A DNA stretch of 64,000 bases from a virus (lineage: Duplodnaviria; Caudoviricetes): positions 32,001 through 96,000 of the IMG/VR virus record IMGVR_UViG_3300033388_005412; one strand, 5' to 3'. Position numbers and translations under genes: made by a program. The stretch's first letter is position 1. Each line of letters opens with the position of its first letter. Positions 45,711 to 57,600 of this stretch are shown here, piece after piece. Below the pieces are notes generated by a model that was not told the origin of the DNA, ran no database searches, and was given only the letters and a program-made list of their open reading frames with translations.

Positions 45711-46910
45711 TTATATATCAATACTCGCCAAAGGAATACCTTTAATACCAAGATCTCTCATATACTGCTTTTGTGTCAAATATTTAGGTTTATTCTCAAC
45801 CCTGTGGAAATACTCAACAATATAACTAGAACCAAAAGCCATATCGGGTTGATAATCAACAGGGTACACGATATCGGAATCAATTGTTCCTGATGCCGGA
45901 ATGTAATCCGATCTACTTTTATCGAAAATTATTTTATTGTTATTTAATTCATCACCGACAGTATAATCGTCCGATGAAACAACTATGCCGGCGGAATCGG
46001 GATCATTCGGATTTCTTAGATTCCCAACATCAATAATGACCAAATCCTGAACAGGGTCATTCTGCAAATAGGCGACTTTCCGGTCACCCATCAAAAGAAA
46101 CTCAGTTAAAAATGATAAATTCGGAAATTCCGAATAAAAGAATAAATGCCATTGTCCGCCGTCATAATCAGCTTCTTTAACATAATAATAATTACCATCA
46201 AAAAACAAACAATCGTAAAGAGGATCCACTGTCGAATCACCATTAAAAATATATTCACCTGTTTCCACACCATTTTCAACATATGTAAAGTAAACTTGGT
46301 CGCCGTCTTTCAAAACCGGTAGAACTTCTGTTTGAATTGATAAGTATTCATCCGCGCCTGTGTTATCATAATCCTGTTTTACTATCGTATAATCAAAATG
46401 CGTTACAACATTCTCATCAGCAGGAAATACACCGGACGGCAATATGCCGGATGGGAAAACACCCGACGGTGAAATATTTGAAACAACATCGATGAAATTA
46501 TTGCCGCTTGTAACATACAATGCCGGATCATCCCAATCAAAACCATATGACAAACCAATAATACCGGACGGGAAAACACCTGATGCCAGGGGATGTTCAG
46601 AAATTTTATCAAGTCCAGTAACATCATTACTTAAAAAATCATTTAAATTATCAACAATTTTAGTATCGCCTGTGATAACATCAGTTGATAACAATTTTTT
46701 TTCAACATAATAAACTTTACATGGATATGCCGGATCCACGGTGTCAATAAACAAATTATCGGTTTTTTCTTTTGTTTCTTTTCTGAAATCCTGGAAATTT
46801 CTACCATGCACATCTGTAATAACATACAATGGATCGTCACGCTTCTGAGTAAAGCTTAAATTAGATGGTAAATTATTCAATAACTCTTCGGTTTTCGCGG
46901 CGTTTCTCAT
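45711..46910 (-). CDS. Putative baseplate structural protein with PSG repeats
   Basis: 399 aa; ASGVFPSGII...SPSGVFPSGILPSGVFP. Confidence 0.5.
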   Translation of the reverse strand: MRNAAKTEELLNNLPSNLSFTQKRDDPLYVITDVHGRNFQDFRKETKEKTDNLFIDTVDPAYPCKVYYVEKKLLSTDVITGDTKIVDNLNDFLSNDVTGLDKISEHPLASGVFPSGIIGLSYGFDWDDPALYVTSGNNFIDVVSNISPSGVFPSGILPSGVFPADENVVTHFDYTIVKQDYDNTGADEYLSIQTEVLPVLKDGDQVYFTYVENGVETGEYIFNGDSTVDPLYDCLFFDGNYYYVKEADYDGGQWHLFFYSEFPNLSFLTEFLLMGDRKVAYLQNDPVQDLVIIDVGNLRNPNDPDSAGIVVSSDDYTVGDELNNNKIIFDKSRSDYIPASGTIDSDIVYPVDYQPDMAFGSSYIVEYFHRVENKPKYLTQKQYMRDLGIKGIPLASIDI

Positions 46911-46931
46911 ATCAATTCATATTTGTACCAA

Positions 46932-47300
46932 TCAGTTGCTGCTGATATCCACATCATAATTAATTTCATTTAATACTAAAATTCTATTCTCAGTTGTTAC
47001 CGGAAAATAATTAATAATATCAACAGTGGTACCAGTTGAAATAAATGCCTTTTCCTGTATTGCATAATAACCATACTTACGCACCTCATTAATTATAACT
47101 TTGTACTCTTCAACGCTTAATTCATTATCCGTTTCAATTACCACCTCATCGCCGTCTATTGCCCATGTAAATGGTGAAGAAATTATAATTTCGAGTGCGC
47201 CCGTACTAACCAATTCTGGATTAACATGCTTTTTAAAATTGTAAATATATCCTGCATTTAATATACTCACACAAATCAATAATGCTATAACACTTTTCAT
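46932..47300 (-). CDS. Secreted hypothetical protein (Sec signal peptide)
   Basis: MKSVIALLICVSILNA-GY; ST motifs (VSTG, ISTGT); AGGAGG RBS. Confidence 0.65.
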   Translation of the reverse strand: MKSVIALLICVSILNAGYIYNFKKHVNPELVSTGALEIIISSPFTWAIDGDEVVIETDNELSVEEYKVIINEVRKYGYYAIQEKAFISTGTTVDIINYFPVTTENRILVLNEINYDVDISSN

Positions 47301-47309
47301 ATTTCCTCC

Positions 47310-48860
47310 TTAATTCGGCTTATGATAAACTATTTTCAGATAAACATAATCTAAATCATAATAAGCCGTTCCATTTGTCGGCGACGTGGTTTCATTGAGC
47401 ATTGTTTCCCACTTTCCCGTATAACAAAGTTCTTTGGGTATCGGCACTATGGTTGGAAACCATACCCAGTCCGTTTCTGTTGTTTCACTATAAACATTTG
47501 GGTTCGGATAATTCAAATTGTTATCCGGGGTTCTTACCTTCGCCTTTATTTTGACTGTTATATCTGTTGCCGTGGAATGCGCCGCCGCATAAAAATACAT
47601 ATCCGCGGATATAATTGTATTTGTGTCAATATCCAAATGCATATAAACAGGGTTTGTGAATTTGTCACCGGCGGAAGTTCCCGACCCAGAAGTTTGACTT
47701 TGTGTTTCAAATGGGAATATAACTTCTGTAACAGTATATGTACTTACTGTTTCATATGATTTCCAACTTCCTGAGTTTACGACTGCCTCCGTTGATATAT
47801 ATAATGTGTGATCAGAAACCTGATACGCCATAGTTCCTTCTTCATGTCCACTTGTCGGCAAATTTGTAAATGCTCCGGCAAACCCCAACCCGTATCCGGA
47901 TGTTGTTGCTGTTGATACTTGAAGCTTTTCAGTTGATGTTGGTTTACCGATACTAACATTAAGTTCTTTAGTTATTCTCACAGCCTCAACAGAATTACCC
48001 GCTCTCAACGACAATTCTCCATTTGGATTCGATGCTCCTATCTGCATAAGAAATTTACCATATTCCCATCTAATCATCCCACCGCTAATATCGGCAGGAC
48101 TTCCAAAATATACATTTGAAGCATTTGCATTAGGTGTAATTAACGATATCCCACCTGTAGAATCACTCTCTACAACAATATCATCCGCGACACCGGCGAC
48201 AGCCGAAACTCCAGATAAACCCGATATCACATGAAAAGCGCCCTTGGCTTTACAAGCCGTTGTTCCGGCAATAATTTGTCCTATAGCATTCATACACAAC
48301 CCGCCCTTACCATCTGATGTTAAAAAGTGCAAATCTCCATCTAGAGTTGTTATCGTTGAAACCTTTACATACCCGTTCACTGTAATTGTGTCTACAATGA
48401 CATTACCGGAAAACACAGGATTATGTGTTGATGCTTTTTGATCATACAATGTCTGTGTTGATACACCAAGATTATTAAAATTAGAATCTGTTGCCAGAAT
48501 TTCGGCATCCAATTCAGACTTGATTGTCCCGGATGATTCACCAAGTATTTCAATAGCGTCATCGTTCGTAGTTATCTGTCCCTGTAACGAATCAACCTGT
48601 CCACTCAAAACAGCTGTTGAATACTCAAGCGCGGCAATTCTATCTTTATTCTCACCTGTTGATACCTGTAAATCATAAATTGCGGTGGAAGATATACCAA
48701 CTACGGAATCAATAATACCATCATAATCCGCATCATACACGGCCCTCCTCATATCACCCATTCCGCTATATCCGCCAAATCCGCCAAACGGATTAGCAAA
48801 AACATATTTGCCGGAAAGCAATATACAAAATACTACAAAAAATTTTAATATTTTATTCAT
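47310..48860 (-). CDS. Fibre-like protein with signal peptide
   Basis: MNKILKFFVVFCILLSGKYVFA-NP; GDM...YD.D.DG..D motif, coiled coil shared with the 23410 gene, beta-helical IG...P/T..L.V repeats. Confidence 0.7.
   Translation of the reverse strand: MNKILKFFVVFCILLSGKYVFANPFGGFGGYSGMGDMRRAVYDADYDGIIDSVVGISSTAIYDLQVSTGENKDRIAALEYSTAVLSGQVDSLQGQITTNDDAIEILGESSGTIKSELDAEILATDSNFNNLGVSTQTLYDQKASTHNPVFSGNVIVDTITVNGYVKVSTITTLDGDLHFLTSDGKGGLCMNAIGQIIAGTTACKAKGAFHVISGLSGVSAVAGVADDIVVESDSTGGISLITPNANASNVYFGSPADISGGMIRWEYGKFLMQIGASNPNGELSLRAGNSVEAVRITKELNVSIGKPTSTEKLQVSTATTSGYGLGFAGAFTNLPTSGHEEGTMAYQVSDHTLYISTEAVVNSGSWKSYETVSTYTVTEVIFPFETQSQTSGSGTSAGDKFTNPVYMHLDIDTNTIISADMYFYAAAHSTATDITVKIKAKVRTPDNNLNYPNPNVYSETTETDWVWFPTIVPIPKELCYTGKWETMLNETTSPTNGTAYYDLDYVYLKIVYHKPN
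48553..48677. repeat. 125-bp dispersed direct repeat, copy 2 (copy 1 at 25478-25602)
   Basis: 123 of 125 identical to copy 1, same orientation. Confidence 0.95.
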
Positions 48861-48870
48861 TTTTAACCAC

Positions 48871-49158
48871 CTATGTTAACACTTTACCCGTAACAACATA
48901 GTACAATGTTGCGCCGGCCTCTAAAACAACAGATATAACAGAATTTTCAACCGGAGCGCCAACACCTCCAGTCATACTTGTTCCACTTATAATATGTATA
49001 TCACCTGTTATAAAATCCATACTAACATCACTATATCCGCCAATTGAAAAAAACGAATAATTCGTAACACCAAAATCAACGTCGGGTATATCACCAGATA
49101 CTACCAATTTACCAGCGACCCCTGTTGATGCCCCCACTAATTTATCACTCATAACCAA
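48871..49158 (-). CDS. Small hypothetical structural-region protein
   Basis: 95 aa; AAGGAGG RBS. Confidence 0.6.
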   Translation of the reverse strand: MVMSDKLVGASTGVAGKLVVSGDIPDVDFGVTNYSFFSIGGYSDVSMDFITGDIHIISGTSMTGGVGAPVENSVISVVLEAGATLYYVVTGKVLT

Positions 49159-49186
49159 TCCTCCTTAATATTCCTATTTCTCATTT

Positions 49187-50386
49187 TCAGTCATAACAAG
49201 CGCTAACCAATTTCGTGTTAGAAATCCACTTAGTTATTGCGCCAACATCCTGATTTGTGTTCAAAGAATACTCAAAATAATCAATTAATCCGGTATCAAG
49301 GTTATATTCACCCGTCCCGAACTTTTGAATATCAACATCATGAATATCTTCAGATGTTTCCATTATCCTTTGAATAATTTCATTAAAAACCAACTCGGTT
49401 CCCATTGAAAGATTATTTATATAATTAACAACATTTGTTACAACAGTTCTCGTCACATCATCTTTTGTACCTGTTGGTGTTGCCGCCTTAAACTCCAAAT
49501 TAATGCTCATGCTGCACGCCTTATACGTCGGGGCCGAAGCAACACCGCGCTCACCCGCGGCCTGAGTCTCATTTATAGCCGTCTGAACGGCACTTAGGAC
49601 GCCATTTGATATAACAGGGCTTTCTGATATGACAAACACGCCGAATGTCCCTATGCCATACTCATAATTACGTATCAAAACATCGCTAACGCCCGGGACT
49701 GATAAACATGCCAATCGTATAGCCGTCAGGTTGGCCTTCTCGGCGCCCTTCATTGCATTAATTATTCTATATCTGAAATTATTATCAGATTCAGTATCGG
49801 CGCCTGTGGTTATTGGCGTCGGATTTGACACTAAAATCAAATCTCTGATAACAACATAATTTAAATCTGAATTATTCCAGACAGTTAACACGCCGCTCGG
49901 CGCATTTGCCGCCGCCCCTAAATATACTGATAATGCGCTGACTGTAACACCATCATCTGTTAAAACAATGTCATCTGTTGTTTTATATTCATATGTTCCG
50001 TCAGTATCCTCGATTTTAGTTAACGCCGGTATCACAATATCCTCAAGAACAACGCCGGTATCGTCATAAATCATGGTTTTTAAATCACTAACAGTTTTAC
50101 CCGACGCTGGATCAATAGTAAATTTAACCTCACCCAGTGGATAATTTGATGATGACCTATCCAGCAAAAACAATTTACCTATCTGGTCCAGGAATTCGCC
50201 GGTTGCCGTTGTTATCATGGACTGAACAAAACGCGAATCCAGATACTCCGATAATGAAACCAGCTCTGAGCTTCCGATCTCAAGTAAAGACCTTGCGATA
50301 CTCCCTGGTGAAAAATTTTTTATTTCAGTGTCGGTTAATAATCTATCTCTGGCCGACACCATTAAATTATCAAAATTCAATCCCAT
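49187..50386 (-). CDS. Baseplate J-like (gp47/gp6 wedge) protein
   Basis: NFSPGSIARSLLE, ATGEFLDQIG, GADTESDNNFRYRI, SVPGVSDV. Confidence 0.9.
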   Translation of the reverse strand: MGLNFDNLMVSARDRLLTDTEIKNFSPGSIARSLLEIGSSELVSLSEYLDSRFVQSMITTATGEFLDQIGKLFLLDRSSSNYPLGEVKFTIDPASGKTVSDLKTMIYDDTGVVLEDIVIPALTKIEDTDGTYEYKTTDDIVLTDDGVTVSALSVYLGAAANAPSGVLTVWNNSDLNYVVIRDLILVSNPTPITTGADTESDNNFRYRIINAMKGAEKANLTAIRLACLSVPGVSDVLIRNYEYGIGTFGVFVISESPVISNGVLSAVQTAINETQAAGERGVASAPTYKACSMSINLEFKAATPTGTKDDVTRTVVTNVVNYINNLSMGTELVFNEIIQRIMETSEDIHDVDIQKFGTGEYNLDTGLIDYFEYSLNTNQDVGAITKWISNTKLVSACYD

Positions 50387-50411
50387 AACTTATCTCCTTA
50401 CTGACGTCATA

Positions 50412-50855
50412 CTAACGCCTTCGCATGTAAACATTCAAGGGCTCTCTTGCGTTTACAACCTCTTCGTTATTTTGTGTTTCAGACACATAATTCAAACCAC
50501 CGTTCTGAAAATTAAATGTAAACTTAACTCCTGATGTTCCTATCAACGAGACTATTTCAATATTACAAATTATTGAAGAATCATCAACCGGTAAAACAAG
50601 AACTTTCGCAACAATATCATAATCCCTTAATTTCGTCTGAATCTCATTCCTCATTTTTTGCCGAGTTTGCGAGTCATTTAACATTCCGGTATATTTATTC
50701 AACCCGATACCTAAGTATGGGTGAAACACAAAAGAACCTTCATACACCATCAACATATTTTTAACAAAATCTGAATCATCTTCAGATAATATAAAGTCAC
50801 CGCTCTCAATCATTGTCGCACCAGCCAACGTTAATTTTATATCTGATTCATACAT
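50412..50855 (-). CDS. gp25/gpW-like baseplate wedge (sheath initiator) protein
   Basis: 147 aa; G...FHPYLGIGL...G motif; position directly upstream of baseplate J. Confidence 0.7.
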   Translation of the reverse strand: MYESDIKLTLAGATMIESGDFILSEDDSDFVKNMLMVYEGSFVFHPYLGIGLNKYTGMLNDSQTRQKMRNEIQTKLRDYDIVAKVLVLPVDDSSIICNIEIVSLIGTSGVKFTFNFQNGGLNYVSETQNNEEVVNAREPLNVYMRRR

Positions 50856-50919
50856 AATTTATTTCCTATATCATCCCTCTATTATAATATAATATTTACC
50901 CCTTTAAAATCATCTTTTT

Positions 50920-51606
50920 TCAAAATAAATCCTTTAATTTTTTAACAATATTTAAAGCTTCCGACGCCCTTACCACCATAGTAACATCGGGTAAATGATC
51001 AGGCATACAGAATGGTGGCACGAACGCTTTCGGCAGCATAGACATCATCCCGCTTTCTTTTAACACCACGTTGCTGCGAGTGGGGAAGTCATATTCAACT
51101 ATCTTTCCGAAAACTGATATCTGAGACGGGCTAATAGTTACCAAACTGCCTTCTTCTCCATCACCGGCCGAGCGTAACGCAATAGCATCATCAGAAATCA
51201 ACACCCTGCTTTTGGCACCCGGGAACGACCTGATAGATTTATAGTTAGTTTTAACATTTGAATTATCAATCAACTGAGCAGGCTTCGCCGGTTCTACTGT
51301 ATCAGAATCATTTCCACCATCTTTTTTCATCTTCGGTGTAAAATACGCGAAATGTTTACTGACATCTCTCATATTTGATGAAACATTATCTTCATAAAAT
51401 AAAGTACAGTCAAAATCTTTATCATTTATAGAATAATCCATAATGCCGTTCATATATTGAATTTTGATATCAATAGGAACTTTAGAGAACTCAAAATCAC
51501 CGGCGGTCTTCGGCATAAAATAAATCAACAGCGTGTGATCAGGCAAGCTCCCGGGTTTTTCTTTTGATTTAATTATAAAATTAGAAAGTGTGATCTGCTT
51601 TATCAT
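50920..51606 (-). CDS. Putative central spike (gpV/gp5-like) protein
   Basis: Lies between the hub-like and gp25-like genes; C-terminal short beta repeats (RVLISDDAIALRS...SLVTISPSQISVFG). Start moved to 51606 behind AGGAG. Confidence 0.35.
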   Translation of the reverse strand: MIKQITLSNFIIKSKEKPGSLPDHTLLIYFMPKTAGDFEFSKVPIDIKIQYMNGIMDYSINDKDFDCTLFYEDNVSSNMRDVSKHFAYFTPKMKKDGGNDSDTVEPAKPAQLIDNSNVKTNYKSIRSFPGAKSRVLISDDAIALRSAGDGEEGSLVTISPSQISVFGKIVEYDFPTRSNVVLKESGMMSMLPKAFVPPFCMPDHLPDVTMVVRASEALNIVKKLKDLF

Positions 51607-54600
51607 TTTCATCTCCTGTCGCGGCGCTAATTGTGTCCACAAAATCAAATATTGAATAAATTTTGTCCATAATATGAACTTTAAAACTATCCTTATACAT
51701 ACCTTCCAGGCCGGCGACATACGGCTGGCCCTTATATGTTAAACCGATGACATCTATACAATCTCTGCCCAGAAATTTTCCAATTGTCCAGCTCATAATG
51801 CTGTTTCCCAATAAAAAAGCCGGAATCACAACAGCCGCTGATATGCCTGTAACCCACGGTAACGCTGTCATTGCTGTGGTATACGCCCCGGATGCCGCTA
51901 TTGCCGAATATACGCCTGATGTTGCAGTGACCGCCACCCCAGCTGCTGTTGGTCCAACACCGGCAGCCAGTGCCCCCGATGCCGCTAATCCACCAGACAC
52001 AACTTCAGCCGCAACACCAGTTCCGACCACCCCAGTAACCGCAATCCCAGTTCCAGCCGCGGCCGTTCCCAACCCCATTGCCCCGACTGCTGCTTTCATA
52101 ATTCCTTTTCCCAATCCCATTGCGCTTCCAAAAAAAGGAACACCAAATCCATTCATAGCAGCAATTTCATATTTTATCACAGGATCCTGCGGATAAACAA
52201 TTGCATTCGGTGTAATAGTCGTTAAAAAACCTTTTTGATCAATTCTTTGAACAACCTGTTCAATTTCAATCGGACCATACATCCCATTATAAAGATCTCT
52301 GATAAAAATAATGTCCCAGACTTTCAACTGGGGCATCCCTAATAATGTTAATGACCCTCTATACATCGGCCGCATCATATTCGCCAGAACATTATATCCT
52401 ATTCTGTAAACAGTTGGAATTCGCCCACCCCAAACAGTTTGAACATTTCTTATAAAATCATTAAACCATTCAAACACCCCGAATGATGATGGGTCTATAT
52501 TATTCTGATATGAAATATAACTCTTCAGGTTACTGGTTTTAATATTATCATCAGCGAAAAATTCATGTGTTCGCCATGCACCGGTATTCGGGTTATCTTT
52601 TGGTTCCTCTGGATATCTTATTTTAACATGATTTGAAATTTCTTCAGAACTAGCTCTGATACTATTATCAACTATGTGTCTCAAACTATCAACATAATAA
52701 TAATTACGAATAGGCATATAGCCCCTTTCAATATTACCTTCTGAGTCTTTCAAATCATCAGGATTTTTAATACTCAGTGCGATGCCAGTTGCTTTACTAG
52801 TTTTATCCTCTTTTGTTTGACGAATTAAATTTTTATTTTCTATTGCATCCAATTGAAATTTGAATTTTAATATTTCTGATTTCGTGTATCCAACATTTTT
52901 ATCCTGTCTGATTTTAATCTTATCAACTGAAAATTTTTTAGTAAATAAATCGCCGGCAACGTCGCTCTTAAAAACATACTCCTGAATATCTGTGATAAAT
53001 TCCATCACTTTCTTTCTATCATTGGCTTTCATAACAATACTTAAACTATGTTCGGGATTTTTTTCAATATATTTATCCAATAATTTAAATATCTCATCAT
53101 ATGTTTGAGTTCTAACAATAGAACTAACAACATCCGCAACACCCCGGGTAATGAAACTTTTAATTCCGGCTTTTACCACACTGATAACACTGGATGACGG
53201 CCGGAATCCCTCTCTGTTTTTTTCACTATATTTACTACTAGGTTCTTTAAAAAAATCAGTCAATCGTTTCAAAAGTTCAGCACGATCCTTTCCTTTCTTA
53301 ACTATTTTTTCCATTTTTTCCCGCGTATCATACGCATCCGTATATTTATAATAACCGTTTCTAGGACCTAAATAAATTGTCTGTCTTGTTAAACCGGGAA
53401 CATTACTATTATATGGCAACACAGCCGCAATGTAATCTTCGTGATACAATGTTATCTCATTCAAAATTTCCCACAACGACTGATTACTTATTCTCCAGTC
53501 AAATGTATTATCTTTATATCGATTTCCTATATCTTTCGATGTCCAACCAAATAAAAATGTTAACCACCCCCCGAAAATATGATCCGTAAATGGTAAATAG
53601 ATATTTTCCAATCTAGGATCATAAGTTCCGAATTTATAATATATATCAACAATCGGATTTATTTTACTTCTGAAAAGATCAAAAAAACGATCTTTCGGAC
53701 TCGTGTAATATGATGTTGGTTCAATTTCAAGCCCGAATCTGGCCAGCATATTCGGACTGCCCATATGGCTTAAGCCTGTTATTGATTTCATAGCATAAAT
53801 AACAACATCACCATGTGTCTGCCCGGCACTGCAAAAACCAACATGATAATTGCCACCATCAAAACACTTCTCGTGTAATTCGGCCCCGAAACTCTGAGCA
53901 ACTATTGAAACTCTGTCACCTTGCTGAACCGACACGACCTTTCCAATAAAAAGTGTATCTAAATTCATTGGATTATTGTCGTATCCGGCCTTTATCATTA
54001 TCGTTGTGCCCTCACGTAATAGAAAACGTAAAACGGTCTGCTCCTGCAGCGTCTGTTCTTTCCTTATATTCTCACCCTGATTTGAATTTTTATCACTTAA
54101 ATTTCCAGTTATGTTACTGACACTTATTGTAGCAACATCCCCAGGTGTGTTTTTATTTGATATAACTTCAATACTTTCTATCGCGTTATATGTGTAATAA
54201 TCATCAATCATACCCCATTCTTTGTTGTCTTCTTCGATAAAATACAATTTTACAGTTGGATATGCACGACTCATATGAAGCGTTTTATCTTTTGCTCTAA
54301 ATCCGTTCGTATAACTAATACATTTATTTAAAAGATCTTCCTCCTCTGTTACCCCAAACTCAGATAACACATTCCATGACTGTAAAAAACTATTATCCAG
54401 CTGATTAATTGTGCTGATTTCATCTATCATGCGGTCTATTTGCCTTTTCTTTGAGTCAAGTGACTCAGCGCCTTCATCGGTTCCCAAGTCAGTTGTTATT
54501 TCACCTTCAAATTCTTGAATTAGTTTATAATATGCCCCGATTTTCAAACAATAATTTATCGATGCTACGTTTTTCAATAAATACTGCGATGTGTTGCACT

Positions 54601-57600
54601 CACCATACCTTCCCTTAACTTCATCGTCTGAAGAATTTAAAAAATTAACATATTTCTTCATCTCATTTTCATCATAATCTTTATTTATTTCAACAATTTT
54701 ATCCATAACTTCTTTTCTGGATTTGCCGCCTTTGCCCCATTTTTTACGCCAGTCTCCGCACAAAAGAGATTTTGATAATTTATCATTGTGTTTTTCAAGC
54801 ATAGATAATCCGGGGGCAAATTGCAATAACTCATCACGTTTATGCAAAAGCGCTATTTTAGTTTTAATGGTATCTCTCAATATTTGATAACTTGTATCAT
54901 TTTGAAATTCTTCTCTAATATAAAAAAAATCGGCCGGAGTTGATAGAAAACCGCTTTTGTGTTCAGGTAATTCCAAATCCTGATAATTACCATAATTGCC
55001 TTTCATATATAAAGGCAACTTAGGGATAAACTGTTCTTTTTTAAAACCGAATTTTGCTATTAATTCATCCTTAGCATATAAAATACATTTTATGGCCTGC
55101 TGCCTTAATAACAAATTAATAATACCGACGGCATATTTTTCAGGATCATGCCCTTTCGGCACCCCAATTGTTGGACTCCATACTGTTCCAGCTGCGAAAC
55201 CAATGCCGGCTCCTGCTAAACCACCAATAAATGTTCCCCACCCTGGAACAATTGATCCAACTCCAGCACCAAATACCATTCCACCTATAGCAAGCGGCAA
55301 ACCCGTATAAAATTTTAATTTTAATGCGAATCGTTCTTTTCTTTCTTTTTTCCAATTGTTATATAAGAATAAATATTTAATAGCATCAAAAATTTCAATT
55401 ATTTTTAATCCACCTTTATATCTTTTTAAAAATTCTCCACGGAAAAAACCCTTTTCATAATTAAACGGTAACCTAACATCGCCGCCTAAAATTAATGCTG
55501 ATACAACTTTTTCATATAATGGAAAATACTTTTTTAATTCAAAAGCATCACTGAAATTTAAATCATAATTATTTATTTGTTCAGTCGCCCAGTCCATTGT
55601 CATGTGACCATATGGCACATCAATTTCGGAACCATATCCAACAAAAAAGAATAATCTCAAAATCATAGCTCGCATATTCTGCATAGCTCTACCGTATATG
55701 TAACTGTCTTTCTCATTATCTTCCGGTAATCTATATTCAGTTATAAGTTTTTTCTTAACATCTTCGATTAAATTATCATCAAAGAAATTCGACGGCACAA
55801 GTCTTTCATATTCCGTCATGTCAATATCAGACTGAACCAGTCGTAACGTCAGATTCCACCACCCTGGTTTGCCTTTAATTGTCTCACATACAAAATCCTT
55901 AAATAATACACGAGTTATGCCCAATACTTTAAAAAGCCCGTTATAATTCAAATCAGGCGGAACTTCTAAACTATTTGTCCTCGCGATAAGTTTTGAAATA
56001 CCAATTCTTTCTCTCAATGACCGGGAAACGCATGCTTTTTTAGATAAAGATTTCAGCACTCTCATCAAAGTTTCATTACATGTCTGCAAATTAACCTGAA
56101 CAACCCAGTCACCACGGCCCATGTACTGTTTTGTCGGCATTGTGTAGTTCAGCACCGGAATTTCGGCCATCCTTGTTTCCAATGACGCCGACATACCGGC
56201 TATAATAGTATCTTCATCCTCGGTGAATTCAAATTTATATCTATTGGTAAAACCATATTTAAGCTTTTTCTGTCGTGCAATCTGTTTATCCATTAAAACC
56301 ATAATTTTTTTTCCGGATGGTATCTTTTCAAATTCATTAACAAATTCCAAAAGTGTATACGGGCCATGATCTTTTTTTAAATCAGTCCCTGGTATATCTA
56401 TAGGAATTGAAATAGTTTTCTCGCCCTTATACGCCTCCGCGAATTTTTTAACACCCCACCCGTAATATGTTGAACCACTTCCATAGTAAAATAAACCAAT
56501 AGTTCGCCAAAATTCAGTCCATGCCCGCACAATAACATTTGTAACTTTAGTTGTCGTGCCGGGCCATTCCAGACTATTAACTAATTCAACAATTTTAAAT
56601 TGTATATCAGCATTTAATTTCAAAATATCATTTTGTAATGATTCGCGCTCCTCATCGCCGAACTCCGTTATATCATATCTGCATTTAAACCGTTTAAAAT
56701 CATTTGTCCCGACCTGACGCAGCCAATTATCCGGCGCAAGAAAATTAAAACCACTTTTAATCGTGGTATTTTCATTCTGTTTAGATAAAGAAGGAACATA
56801 ATTCATTTTGATATCAACATCATCGTCAATTACTGGAAGTCCGGTTAATAAAGGTTTAACATAATTTTCAAATGGTTTGCAATTTGATATATTTTTTGTA
56901 CGATTTATGTTCTGATTGCTGGCATACTGCATATCGTTCGCCGTTTCCGGATACTGTAAATTAGTTATCTGTGAATAATATTCAATCTGTTTCAACGCAT
57001 CTTCATTTGACACGCAAAACTCAAATCCCGATGAATACGGCGAATAATTAAAAACATCCAGCACCAAATTACATTGAAGTGACTCAGGAAACCCCGGAAC
57101 TGTCGACACAACTATTGATTGTAAAGCACATGCAAGCTGAACATCTTCATATATTCCAAGCTCTTTATATTCATCTATCATATCAGCAGCCACACCCGCT
57201 TTACTTATATTTGTTCTTTCCTTTTCTTTTTTGCTTTTGGCCTTTTTTAATAATTTTATATCATTTTCTAATTTTTGAATCTCGGTATTATATTCTTTAA
57301 ATTTCTCAGGATCTGCGGCAAACACATCAAGATTTGCTTTTTTTATCTTTAGTTCTTCTTCCTTCTCCGTTATTTCTTTTTGCTTTTCTTTTATATCAGC
57401 ATCAAAGTAATCAATAACCCCGGCATACGTGTCCATTACAACTTTCTGAAAATTTTCATCAGTTTTTTTAAAATATCCTGCGCCCTGATTCTTATCAACT
57501 TCCCTCTCATAAGACGGTGATCTGTATCTTCCGGGTGATTCCTCCAATTTTTTAGGTTTACTCCACGTTACATCAGGTATTAATAAACTTCTAATGTGCT

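Noticed and set aside
25478-48677. Diversity-generating retroelement TR/VR pair
   Set aside because: Both copies are coding and mid-gene, the two mismatches are synonymous and not adenine-specific on one strand, and no reverse transcriptase is present in the window.
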